From NCBI RefSeq assembly GCF_039654945.1, contig NW_027361775.1:39618001-39682000 (forward strand): a stretch of DNA of 64,000 nucleotides, in the 5' to 3' direction. The DNA is from Dendrobates tinctorius (Eukaryota). The notes beneath the pieces were generated by a model that saw nothing but the letters and a program-made list of their open reading frames with translations, was not told the origin of the DNA and ran no database searches. The position numbers and the translations under genes were made by a program. Each line of letters begins with the position of its first letter. Positions within the stretch are counted from its first letter, which is position 1. Below are positions 1 to 11,559 of the stretch, one piece after another.

Positions 1-5
1 TTCGG

Positions 6-2096
6 TTGGTGGAAAGCACAGCTTTCCGCGAACTCATGGCCTATGCAGTACCACGCTATGACCTACCCAGTCGCCACTTCTTCTCTCGCAAAGCCATCCC
101 AGCCCTCCACCATCATGTGAAAGACCGCATTGTCCATGCACTCAAGCAGTCAGTGAGCGGAAAGGTGCACCTCACAACTGATGCATGGTCCAGTCGGCAT
201 GGCCAGGGCCGTTACGTGTCCATCACTGCGCACTGGGTTAATGTGGTGGATGCAGGGTCCACAGGGGACATCGGTGGTGGGACAGTGCTGCCTAGCCCAC
301 GGTATAGGAAACAGTTGGCTGTAGGCGTTCGACCCTCCTCCTCCTCCAGAAGCGAAAGCTCGTCCACAGAGCCCAGTCGTACGAGCACTCCATCTGCAGC
401 TGCCACTGTTGCACACGATGTGTCCCCCTATCGAGCAGCTAGTGGAAAGCGTCAGCAGGCTGTGTTGCAGATGATGTGTTTGGGCGACAGACACACCGCC
501 GAGGTGCTGGCCGAGTACTTGAAGCGACAAACTGAGTCATGGCTGGGCAGTGTACATCTTGAGGCAGGCAAGGTAGTTAGTGATAACGGCCGTAATTTTG
601 TGGCAGCCATAGCCCTTTCAAAACTCAGCCACATACCTTGCTTGGCTCACACCTTGAACCTGGTGGTGCAGTGCTTCCTCAAAAATTATCCGGAGTTAAC
701 AGCCCTGCTCCAGAAGGTGCGAAGACTGTGCGCGCACATCCGCCGGTCGCCTGTACACTCCGTTCGTATGCAGAAGCTGCAGCGATTGCTCCACCTTCCC
801 AACCACCGCCTCATTATCGACATTGCAACAAGGTGGAACTCCACCCTGCACATGGTGGAGCGGCTGTGCGAGCAGAGGCAGGCCATAATGCATTTGTGGG
901 AGGATACACGGCCAGGCACTTTGAGAGCAGACATGGAGTTGACAGGCGTGCAGTGGTCGAAGCTGAAAGACCTTTGTAAAGTCCTTCAGTGTTTTGAGGA
1001 ATGCACATGGCTGGTAAGCGCAGACGACGCCATCCTAAGCATGAGCATCCCACTTATGCGTCTGCTCATGCAAACTTTGACGCACCTTAAGGAGCAGGTG
1101 TCTGCAGCCAATGTTGATGAGGAGGAAGAGGAGGAGGGAATCCTTGATGACATTCAGCCATTGTCTGCTCAGGGACCTCTCCTGGACGAGGTGGAGGAAG
1201 AAGAGGAGGAGGAGGAGGAGGATGATGGGGATGATTACTTAGGGGAGGAGGATGCATCTCGTGGGGCAAGTGAAAATGTTGGCGTGGCAAGGTCTGGTAC
1301 AGGGTTTGTGCGTGACTGGAGGGATGTGGATTTGCCAGAAAGTGCTCCTCCACCCAGCACTCGCAGTGCATCATTGACACCAGGAACATTGGCCCACATG
1401 TCAGATTATGCCTTGCGGATCCTAAAAAGGGACCCCCGCATTGCCAAAATGATGAACGATGACGACTACTGGTTGGCCAGCATCCTGGATCCACGCTATA
1501 AAGGCAAATTACAAAACATCATGCCACAGGAGAACCTTGACCTAATATTGGCTAATAAACAAGCAACTCTGGTAAATCGGTTGCTTGAGGCATTCCCAGC
1601 ACACAGCAGCGGTGATGGTTCTCACAAGAGCCGTACGGGCCGGGGGCAGCTTGGCAGAGGTGTTCGTGGTGCACACAGCAGAAGTGGCGTTGGAGACAGG
1701 GGTTTCATGACAATGTTGTGGACTGATTTTTCAAATACCGCTCACACAACTGGTAATACTGCATCGATGGAAAGTGACAGGAGACAGCAGTTGTCAACTA
1801 TGGTTACAAACTACTTTTCCTCCCATATCGATGTTCTCCCACACAGGTCATTCCCCTTTGACTATTGGGCCGCTAAACTGGACACCTGGCCTGAATTGGC
1901 CCAATATGCCTTACAGGAGCTCGCTTGCCCAGCTGCAAGTGTGCTATCGGAAAGAGTCTTCAGTGCAGCTGGATCAATCCTGACAGAAAAAAGGACCCGT
2001 CTGTCAACCCAAAATGTGGATGATCTAACCTTCATTAAAATGAACCACGCATGGGTTTCCAAGGATTTTGTCCCACCTTCCCCTGATGACACATAG
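6..2096 (+). CDS. hAT-superfamily (ZBED-like) DDE transposase, 5' part outside the window
   Basis: Open ~696-codon frame with the hAT catalytic and structural motifs LTTDAWS (D1), VSDNGRN (D2), CLAHTLNL (CxxH) and TRWNS. The C-terminal dimerization domain is DYWAAKLDTWPELAQYALQELACPAASVLSERVFS (E)...RTRLSTQNVDDLTFIKMN. The frame is open from the window edge, so the BED finger and start codon are not visible. Confidence 0.95.
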   Translation: MVESTAFRELMAYAVPRYDLPSRHFFSRKAIPALHHHVKDRIVHALKQSVSGKVHLTTDAWSSRHGQGRYVSITAHWVNVVDAGSTGDIGGGTVLPSPRYRKQLAVGVRPSSSSRSESSSTEPSRTSTPSAAATVAHDVSPYRAASGKRQQAVLQMMCLGDRHTAEVLAEYLKRQTESWLGSVHLEAGKVVSDNGRNFVAAIALSKLSHIPCLAHTLNLVVQCFLKNYPELTALLQKVRRLCAHIRRSPVHSVRMQKLQRLLHLPNHRLIIDIATRWNSTLHMVERLCEQRQAIMHLWEDTRPGTLRADMELTGVQWSKLKDLCKVLQCFEECTWLVSADDAILSMSIPLMRLLMQTLTHLKEQVSAANVDEEEEEEGILDDIQPLSAQGPLLDEVEEEEEEEEEDDGDDYLGEEDASRGASENVGVARSGTGFVRDWRDVDLPESAPPPSTRSASLTPGTLAHMSDYALRILKRDPRIAKMMNDDDYWLASILDPRYKGKLQNIMPQENLDLILANKQATLVNRLLEAFPAHSSGDGSHKSRTGRGQLGRGVRGAHSRSGVGDRGFMTMLWTDFSNTAHTTGNTASMESDRRQQLSTMVTNYFSSHIDVLPHRSFPFDYWAAKLDTWPELAQYALQELACPAASVLSERVFSAAGSILTEKRTRLSTQNVDDLTFIKMNHAWVSKDFVPPSPDDT

Positions 2097-2514
2097 GGTG
2101 ACAACAAAATGGCTTGCTTTGGTCCACCTCTTCCTGGTACTTCACCTATTTCGCCTTTTGCATCAGCTGAATGTCCAACATCAACATATGCCACTTTCTA
2201 AAACTCCATAACTGTGCTGCCTCCCCCCCATGGCCGGGGTCACCACCTACCGCACGACACCGTGCGAGTGCCGTTGCCCTGGACAGGTGGGTAGGCCGAC
2301 TCTTGGGCGCGGGCACTGGCACAGGGTCCCTCATAGTGCAATCAAGTGTCTCTGACGGTGGTGGTGCACACCCGCCGTCAGACACACCGCTGTACTATGA
2401 GGGGCCCAGTGCCAGTACCGACGCCCACGAGTGGGACCCCCTTGCTTGGCCAGGGCCCCAGCATTTGCAATCTTTACCTCTCCCTGCTCCTCCGCTGTGT
2501 AATCTGGGCCGTCA

Positions 2515-5500
2515 AATCCATACTGTGCCTGACACCGTCTGAGCCTGCCTCCTGAGACATATATTTTGAATGTGTACGCTATCCATACATGTTATCCAGG
2601 GATACGGTACCCTTTCTAACCTTTGTGCAATGACGTGCAATCCATACTGGGCCTAACACCGTCTGAGCCTGCCTCATGCTGTATAGACATATATTTTGAA
2701 TGTGTACGCTATCCATACATGTTATCCGGGGATACGGTACCCCTTCTAACCTTTGTGCAATGACGTGCAATCCATACTGGGCCTAACACCGTCTGAGCCT
2801 GCCTCATGCTGTATAGACATATATTTTGAATGTGTACCCTATCCATACATGTTATCCGGGGATACGGTACCCTTTCTAACCTTTGTGCAATGACGTGCAA
2901 TCCATACTGGGCCTAACACCGTCTGAGCCTGCCTCATGCTGTATAGACATATATTTTGAATGTGTACGCTATCCATACATGTTATCTGGGGATACGGTAC
3001 CCTTTCTAACCTTTGTGCAATGATGTGCAATCCATACTGGGCCTAACACCGTCTGAGCCTGCCTCATGCTGTATAGACATATATTTTGAATGTGTACGCT
3101 ATCCATACATGTTATCCGGGGATACGGTACCCTTTCTAACCTTTGTGCAATGACGTGCAATCCATACTGGGCCTAACACCGTCTGAGCCTGCCTCATGCT
3201 GTATAGACATATATTTTGAATGTGTACGCTATCCATACATGTTATCCGGGGATACGGTACCCTTTCTAACCTTTGTGCAATGACGTGCAATCCATACTGG
3301 GCCTAACACCGTCTGAGCCTGCCTCATGCTGTATAGACATATATTTTGAATGTGTACGCTATCCATACATGTTATCCGGGGATACGGTACCCCTTCTAAC
3401 ATTTGTGCAATGACGTGCAATCCATACTGGGCCTAACACCGTCTGAGCCTGCCTCATGCTGTATAGACATATATTTTGAATGTGTACGCTATCCATACAT
3501 GTTATCCGGGGATACGGTACCCTTTCTAACCTTTGTGCAATGACGTGCAATCCATACTGGGCCTAACACCGTCTGAGCCTGCCTCATGCTGTATAGACAT
3601 ATATTTTGAATGTGTACGCTATCCATACATGTTATCCGGGGATACGGTACCCTTTCTAACCTTTGTGCAATGACGTGCAATCCATACTGGGCCTAACACC
3701 GTCTGAGCCTGCCTCATGCTGTATAGACATATATTTTGAATGTGTACGCTATCCATACATGTTATCCGGGGATACGGTACCCTTTCTAACCTTTGTGCAA
3801 TGACGTGCAATCCATACTGGGCCTAACACCGTCTGAGCCTGCCTCATGCTGTATAGACATATATTTTGAATGTGTACGCTATCCATACATGTTATCCGGG
3901 GATACGGTACCCTTTCTAACCTTTGTGCAATGACGTGCAATCCATACTGGGCCTAACACCGTCTGAGCCTGCCTCATGCTGTATAGACATATATTTTGAA
4001 TGTGTACGCTATCCATACATGTTATCCGGGGATACGGTACCCCTTCTAACCTTTGTGCAATGACGTGCAAACCATACTGGGCCTAACACCGTCTGAGCCT
4101 GCCTCATGCTGTATAGACATATATTTTGAATGTGTACGCTATCCATACATGTTATCCGGGGATACGGTACCCTTTCTAACCTTTGTGCAATGACGTGCAA
4201 TCCATACTGGGCCTAACACCGTCTGAGCCTGCCTCATGCTGTATAGACATATATTTTGAATGTGTACGCTATCCATACATGTTATCCGGGGATACGGTAC
4301 CCTTTCTAACCTTTGTGCAATGACGTGCAATCCATACTGGGCCTAACACCGTCTGAGCCTGCCTCATGCTGTATAGACATATATTTTGAATGTGTACGCT
4401 ATCCATACATGTTATCCGGGGATACGGTACCCTTTCTAACCTTTGTGCAATGACGTGCAATCCATACTGGGCCTAACACCGTCTGAGCCTGCCTCATGCT
4501 GTATAGACATATATTTTGAATGTGTACGCTATCCATACATGTTATCCGGGGATACGGTACCCTTTCTAACCTTTGTGCAATGACGTGCAATCCATACTGG
4601 GCCTAACACCGTCTGAGCCTGCCTCATGCTGTATAGACATATATTTTGAATGTGTACGCTATCCATACATGTTATCCGGGGATACGGTACCCTTTCTAAC
4701 CTTTGTGCAATGACGTGCAATCCATACTGGGCCTAACACCGCCTGAGCCTGCCTCATGCTGTATAGACATATATTTTGAATGTGTACGCTATCCATACAT
4801 GTTATCCGGGGATACGGTACCCTTTCTAACCTTTGTGCAATGACGTGCAATCCATACTGGGCCTAACACCGTCTGAGCCTGCCTCATGCTGTATAGACAT
4901 ATATTTTGAATGTGTACGCTATCCATACATGCTATCCGGGGATACGGTACCCTTTCTAACCTTTGTGCAATGACGTGCAATCCATACTGGGCCTAACACC
5001 GTCTGAGCCTGCCTCATGCTGTATAGACATATATTTTGAATGTGTACGCTATCCATACATGTTATCCGGGGATACGGTACCCCTTTTAACCTTTGTGCAA
5101 TGATGTGCAAACCATACTGGGCCTAACACCGTCTGAGCCTGCCTCATGCTGTATAGACATATATTTTGAATGTGTACGCTATCCATACATGTTATCCGGG
5201 GATACGGTACCCTTTCTAACCTTTGTGCAATGATGTGCAATCCATACTGGGCCTAACACCGTCTGAGCCTGCCTCATGCTGTATAGACATATATTTTGAA
5301 TGTGTACGCTATCCATACATGTTATCCGGGGATACGGTACCCTTTCTAACCTTTGTGCAATGACGTGCAATCCATACTGGGCCTAACACCGTCTGAGCCT
5401 GCCTCATGCTGTATAGACATATATTTTGAATGTGTACGCTATCCATACATGTTATCCGGGGATACTGTACCCTTTCTAACCTTTGTGCAATGACGTGCAA

Positions 5501-6292
5501 TCCATACTGGGCCTAACACCGTCTGAGCCTGCCTCATGCTGTATAGACATATATTTTGAATGTGTACGCTATCCATACATGTTATCCGGGGATACGGTAC
5601 CCTTTCTAACCTTTGTGCAATGACGTGCAATCCATACTGGGCCTTACACCGTCTGAGCCTGCCTCATGCTGTATAGACATATATTTTGAATGTGTACGCT
5701 ATCCATACATGTTATCCGGGGATACGGTACCCTTTCTAACCTTTGTGCAATGACGTGCAATCCATACTGGGCCTAACACCGTCTGAGCCTGCCTCATGCT
5801 GTATAGACATATATTTTGAATGTGTACGCTATCCATACATGTTATCCGGGGATACGGTACGCTTTCTAACATTTGTGCAATGACGTGCAATCCATACTGG
5901 GCCTAACACCGTCTGAGCCTGCCTCATGCTGTATAGACATATATTTTGAATGTGTACGCTATCCATACATGTTATCCGGGGATACGGTACCCTTTCTAAC
6001 CTTTGTGCAATGACGTGCAATCCATACTGGGCCTAACACCGTCTGAGCCTGCCTCATGCTGTATAGACATATATTTTGAATGTGTACGCTATCCATACAT
6101 GGTATCCGGGGATACGGTACCCTTTCTAACCTTTGTGCAATGACGTGCAATCCATACTGGGCCTAACACTGTCTGAGCCTGCCTCATGCTGTATAGACAT
6201 ATATTTTGAATGTGTACGCCATCCATACATGTTATCCAGGGATACGGTACCCTTTCTAACCTTTGTGCAATGACGTGCAATCCATACTGGGC
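2515..6292. repeat. Homogeneous tandem array, 130-bp unit, ~29 copies
   Basis: TCCATACTGGGCC recurs at 2641, 2771 ... 6281 (28 full 130-bp units) after a shorter degenerate first unit at 2517. Units differ by only a few substitutions. Confidence 0.99.
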
Positions 6293-7138
6293 GTGAGAAC
6301 GGCTGGCGAGCTGTTAAGCAAGCTACAGCACCTGTCCAGACAAGTACAGGGATTCCCTAGCGAGGAAACTTATTTGATTGTTTTCAATGTTGGGGCAGCA
6401 ATTTTTGGGGAGCACTATACTCTGGAGAATGATAGATGGGGCCCACCATACACTGGAACATTCCAAAGGTGGACATCAGACACTGGAGCAGCATTTACAG
6501 GGCCCATTATACACTAGAGCATTAGAAATGGGGCCCATTATGTTTGGAGCATTATTAGGGCCCATAAGACAGTGGAGCTTCATCCATGGGGACCAACATA
6601 TACTGTAGCATTATGTGGAGCTCATCACATACTGTTTCAAACATTATATGGGACCAATGATTTTGTATGGAGAAATAGATGGGCCTCATCATGAGATGTA
6701 AAAAGTGAGGTATTTTTCATTGTACTATACTGCTATTTCTCTGCCGTATCGGAGCATGATGAGTTGTGGTATTTGTTAAAGGGGCGCTCTTTCGCCCAGG
6801 GCACATGAAAACCTGCAGCCAGCCCTCCCCCCCCACAAATTTAGCCAAATAACCCCCATTTTTCAGTGCGTAACTTGTATTATGAAGTTAATTAAGGTTG
6901 ACAAGCTTAAGTAAGAAGAATTGATGCTTTTGGCATTCAAATGGGCACTGTAGGTGTGTTTCCTGTCCTCCTCTCACTGCCGACTTTTATTCCCCATTGA
7001 CTTACATTGGGTTTCGTGTTTCGGGACGACCCCGACTTTTCCCTATAATCGGACGATCTTGCTCGACCCGACTTTTGGAAAAGTCGGGTTTCACGAAACG
7101 AAACGCGACCCTAAAAAACCAAAAGTCGCTCAACTCTA

Positions 7139-8070
7139 CTCACCACATATCTAGATAAGTTCCTTGGGGGGTCTAGTTTCCAAAATGGGGCCACTTGTGG
7201 GAGGTTTCCACTGTTTAGGTACATTAGGGGCTCTCCAAACGTGACATGGCGTCTGATCTGAATTCCAGCCAATTTTGCATTGAAAAAGTCAAACGGCGCT
7301 CCTTCCCTTCTGAGCTCTGCCATGCGCCGAAACAGTGGTTCCCCCCCACATATCAGGTATCAGTGTACTCAGGACAAACTGCAAAATAACTTTTGCAGTC
7401 CAATTTCTCCCGTTACCCTTAGTAAAATAAAAAAATTGAACCTGAAGTATTTTTTTGTGAAAAAAAGTTAAATGTCCTTTTTTTAAAATATTAAAAAAAT
7501 TCCTGTGAAGCACCTGAAGGGTTAAAAAACTTCTTGAATGTGGTTTTGAGCACCTTAAGGGGTGCAGTTTTTAGAATGGTGTCACTTTTGGGTATTTTCT
7601 ATCATATAGACCCCTCAAAGTGGCTTCAAATGTGATGTGGTCCATAAAAATAAAATGGTGTTGCAAAAATGAGAAATTTCTGGTCAAGTTGTAACCCTTA
7701 TAACTTCCTAATAAAAAAAATTTTGGTTCTAAAATTGTGCTGATGTAAAGTAAACATGTGGGAAATGTTACTTATTAAGTTTTTTGTGTGCTGTATCTCT
7801 GTGATTTAAGGGCATAAAAATTCAAAGTTGAAAAATTGCAACATTTTCAAAATTTTCACCAAATTTCCATTTTTTTCATAAATAAACGCAAGTTATATGA
7901 ATTAAATTTTACCACTATCATGAAGTATGAAATGTCACGAGAAAACAATGTCAAAATCACCGGGATCCTTGGAAGCGTTTCAGAGTTATTACCTCATAAA
8001 GGGACAGTGGTCAGAATTGTAAAAATTGACCCGGTCATGAACGTGCAAACCACCCTTGGGGGTTAAGGGG
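7139..8070 (+). mobile_element. Right part of a non-autonomous TTAA-targeting (piggyBac-like) DNA transposon
   Basis: Ends ...GGGGGTTAAGGGG followed by TTAA (8071-8074). Colinear with 63481-64000 and with 36180-36591. Confidence 0.85.
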
Positions 8071-8149
8071 TTAAGCTAACTACCAGTATTAATATTCTAA
8101 CATTAGTGCTCTACCAAGCTGATATTTGTGCCACCTGACTATGACTGGG

Positions 8150-9290
8150 AAAAAAAGTTGAGCTGTTGCATGAGGTATCTGGGCTCCTAGCAAAGAAGGC
8201 TTACACCTTTTCCTTAGTGACCACATTGTAATTAAAACTTAAATTCAAAGCTGTAAATACTTTCCCAGACCCTGATACCTTACTCATGGTCCATGACTCA
8301 TTGCTTCTGTGTCATTATAAAAAGTTCTACTTTGGGTCTGTTGATCAGTCAACTCCCTGTGTTACTTTGCTTACATTTTTCTACTAACAGTACTGTATGA
8401 AACTGATGTTTGTACCATCTGACTGGCTGTTAAAAAAAAAAAGGAGGTGCTGCATGAGGTATCAGATCTCACAGCTAAGAATTTTACACCACTCCCTTAA
8501 CCATCAGGTCCTCATTAAAAATTGAATTCTAAGCTGTAAATGCTGGGACAGACTATGATACTTCGTGCATGGGCCAGGACTAACTGCTTCTGTGCCATTA
8601 CTAAAGGCTCAAACTGATGTTTGTGCCATCTGAGTGTAGCTAGAATAACAAAAAAAATAGGAGGTATTGCATGAGGCATCAGGTCTCCCAGCTAAAATGA
8701 CATACACGGCTCCCTTAACCACCAGGTCCTCATTAAAACTTCAATTCCAATTTCCAAGCTATGCCTGACTGCTTCTGTGCCATTATAAAAGGTTCTACTG
8801 TGCGTCAATTGATCAGTCAACTACCCATGTTACAACTCTTACATTTTTCTGCCAATAGTAGTGTATGAAACTGATGTTTGTGCTACCTGAGTGTTGCTAG
8901 AAAACATTGAGCTGCTGTATGAGCTATCAGGTCTCCCAGCTAAGAAGGCTTACGTCGCTCCCTTAACAACCAGGTTCTTATTGAAAGTTCTATTCCAAGC
9001 TGGAAATGCTGGAAATGAGACCAAGACAAAGATTTTAGTGTTGAACCTAGGACCATTATTATTATTTTCTACTGCATTTTGGATCCTCTTAGAAGGTTAA
9101 CAGCTGGAGCTGCGGTGTACCTTTTGCCTTTATTTTTAATGCGGCCCTCACAGCACACCCCAGTGACCGCTTTCTTTTCCCCTGGATTTCAAGCTGTAAA
9201 TGCTGAGCCAGACCCTGATACCTCATGCATGGCCCATGGCTGACTGCTGCTTTGCTGTCTGCAAATTTCTACTGTGGGTCAATTGATGCC
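8150..9290. repeat. Degenerate tandem repeats (~4-5 copies of ~220-290 bp), probably subterminal repeats of an old DNA transposon
   Basis: Recurring blocks GCATGAGGTATCAGGTCTCCCAGCTAAGAA, AAGCTGTAAATGCTG...CAGACCCTGATACCT and CTTCTGTGCCATTATAAA near 8165, 8450, 8665, 8915 and 9190. Confidence 0.7.
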
Positions 9291-9927
9291 AGCTTTCATG
9301 ATGTCTACCCCTAATTTTAGCTTTTTGGGAAGCTTTTTATTACACTTTAAGGTGTTATGTATAAGTTTGGTTTGGCCTCCCTTTGAATCAAATGGTGTTT
9401 GCGTACGTTCATCGAAGTGGTCATTGAACAAGTTGAAAAGTTCCCTCATCTCTAATAATGACCCCTCCTCTGTTGTCCATGGTTTGTGGGAGGGGACGGA
9501 GAAAGCAAGCTTGAGTGTTACCTCCCGACTAACACGCCATGGACTTGGACCTCATGGAAGCGCCCAACACATGAGTGTACTAGTTGCAACATGATGCCTG
9601 TATTATTAGGGTTAGAAATAGTGCTGACTGCTGGGTTGCCACTCTATTAGATCCAGGGTACAAGAGTAAATTTTGCAAGATGCTTTGAAACATACTTGTG
9701 CACAATCTTAAGAGAAATTTTCCGCAAGACAGCAGTGAAGCACACAGTATGCATCGCAGAAATAAATTTCCAACTGAGTCGTCAATGCAAAAACCTTAGC
9801 ATTAGCAGTATAAGTGGTAGAAGCAATTTCTCTGATTCATTTCACACATTTTTTAGATCAGCCTTTGCACCAGCAGAACAGAGTACAAGTCTGACATGTT
9901 GTGAACGATTGGAGAGGATGGTGCAGG

Positions 9928-11076
9928 TGTCATGATCCAGGATGGATATGATAGAGAAAATGCACTAGTAACCTTTTTTTCCTTTAGCTGTGTGCTAAAG
10001 TTTGGTTTTTGCCCCCGGTGGCCATTAGGATTATTGCACTGTGTGTCGTTTGTTCTAAGTTTTCCCCCCCCCGGTGGTGGTGAGCATCATTGCACTCTAG
10101 TTTCTTTTGTTAGTGCACATGACTATAATGCCGGTGTGAGTCCTGGCTCTTCTATAAAAGAGTCACAGGTGTTGCAATCAGTGTTGGTGATAGTCCTCAC
10201 TTACAAGCAAGCCTGGGTGAAGGATGGAGTTGAAGGAGAGTCCTGGGCAGCTCAGTGAGAGTCCTGGAATGGCAGCTATGGTGTCTGCGAGGAGGGATGG
10301 CATGGCTTGGTATAGTTGCAGCTATGGTGTCAGCAAGGAGTTCTTGCATGGCTTGGTGGAGTGGCAGCTATAGTGTAGAGCTGCACTCATGATGCTGGAC
10401 TCAGTTGCTGGGAAGCTGAACTCAAGATGCTGGACTCTTTTGCTAGAAAGCTGGACACATATGCTGGACTCTGTTTCTGGACAGCTGCATGCAGGTGGTG
10501 GACTCTGTTTCCTCCAAGGCTGCACCCAGATGTCGGACACGGTGGAGGAAAAGATGCATGTAGGTGGTGGGCTCTGTTGCTGGGAGCATAAGCAACAGAG
10601 CAAAGCTAAGTGGTGCTTCCCTGTTTTGTCTCTTTTCCTTATGTGTGTTTTAGTGCAGTGGTGGGATTAGTTTCCGCACCGTCCACTTCACTAGTGAGGG
10701 TTTAGGTGCAAAGCGAGGCAGGGTTTTTAGGTTCCTGATCGGCGCCCGGTGCGGAACCGGCCTAGGGAACGTTAGGAGTGTAGAGACACTGACTCAGGGG
10801 ACTGCAAGAGGTCTCCATGTCCCCGTTCCCTATCGCAGGGTCACCATTGTTATTATTACCCAGGTTTTCCCTTTTTATTGTTTAAATTTGCCTTACTGGA
10901 GGCGGGGTTTCCAGACATACGTGTATTTCCGAAATTCGCCTGTTGGAGGTGGCGGATCCAGCTGCATGTTTTATTATTTAAATTCGCCCAACTGGAGGCG
11001 GTGTATCCAGGGTCACGCGTGTCATCTAAATCCGCCCTGCTGGAGGCGCTGTGTTCAGCCATGCGTGACCATGACA
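9928..11076. mobile_element. Solo LTR (LTR retrotransposon, probably Ty3/Gypsy)
   Basis: Termini TGTCATG...CATGACA, 5-bp TSD GCAGG (9923-9927 and 11077-11081), TATA-like box near 10153. Homologous along its length to 61726-62857. Confidence 0.9.
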
Positions 11077-11109
11077 GCAGGAGTATCTCGAGCTCAATAT
11101 CAATGCCAT

Positions 11110-11345
11110 CAGGGGGCATTTGAACCCTTATGCATTTTGGTCATCTGAAATAGAAGAGTGGCCTGAGCTTGCCTGTCACACTTTGGAGGCTTTTGCATGC
11201 CCAGCAGCCAGTGCTCTCAGATCGCATCTTCAATGCTGCTGTTGGTGTCCTGATGGATAAGCGCATCCGGCTGTCCCCTGAAAGTGTAGACTGCCTATGT
11301 TTAATCAAGATGAACAAGTCATGGATCTCCAATGACTTTTGCATC
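11110..11345 (+). pseudogene. hAT transposase C-terminal dimerization-domain relic
   Basis: Frameshifted PYAFWSSEIEEWPELACHTLEAFACPAAS / SDRIFNAAVGVLMDKRIRLSPESVDCLCLIKMNKSWIS. Confidence 0.8.
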
Positions 11346-11559
11346 CAGTCACTGACTGGGCAGACTAGGCGATGGTATAGTATTTAGTGTGCTGCATTGA
11401 TCTCGCTTTATTGCAGTCTGTGACAACTTTGTCATGCCTTCTGTGCCTGCTGTTGCTACTGCTGCTGATGTCACATTTTTTTTTATGTGCAAATTACAAG
11501 TTTGGTCTCTATCTGCTAGGTTGCCTGCAGTGGAAAGGGTTTCAGGGCCCCATTGTACT

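Larger units (their letters stand above)
1..7138 (+). mobile_element. hAT DNA transposon (putatively autonomous), left end outside the window
   Basis: The transposase is followed by repeats and a right TIR ...AAAGTCGCTCAACTCTA ending at 7138. About 6700-7138 is the reverse complement of the 26717 end of the TSD-flanked element. From 7139 (CTCACCAC ATATCTAGATAAG...) the sequence switches abruptly into the TTAA-element repeat unit (compare the uninterrupted copy at 63481). Confidence 0.9.

Noticed and set aside
6-2096. Domesticated host ZBED gene symbol
   Set aside because: The ORF lies within a TIR-bounded element inserted into another transposon, with relatives in the same window.
2579-6280. 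27 near-identical 63-aa minus-strand ORFs
   Set aside because: An artefact of the 130-bp period, which is not a multiple of 3. They overlap, use non-ATG starts, and one unit has a stop.
2515-6292. CRISPR-like or guide-RNA array beside a nuclease gene
   Set aside because: There are no variable spacers. Whole 130-bp units are identical apart from scattered substitutions, and the neighbouring gene is a hAT transposase, not Cas, TnpB or Fanzor.
9640-9900. Possible BED zinc-finger relic
   Set aside because: Only a vague resemblance (C...LSR..KNLS). Too degraded to support.
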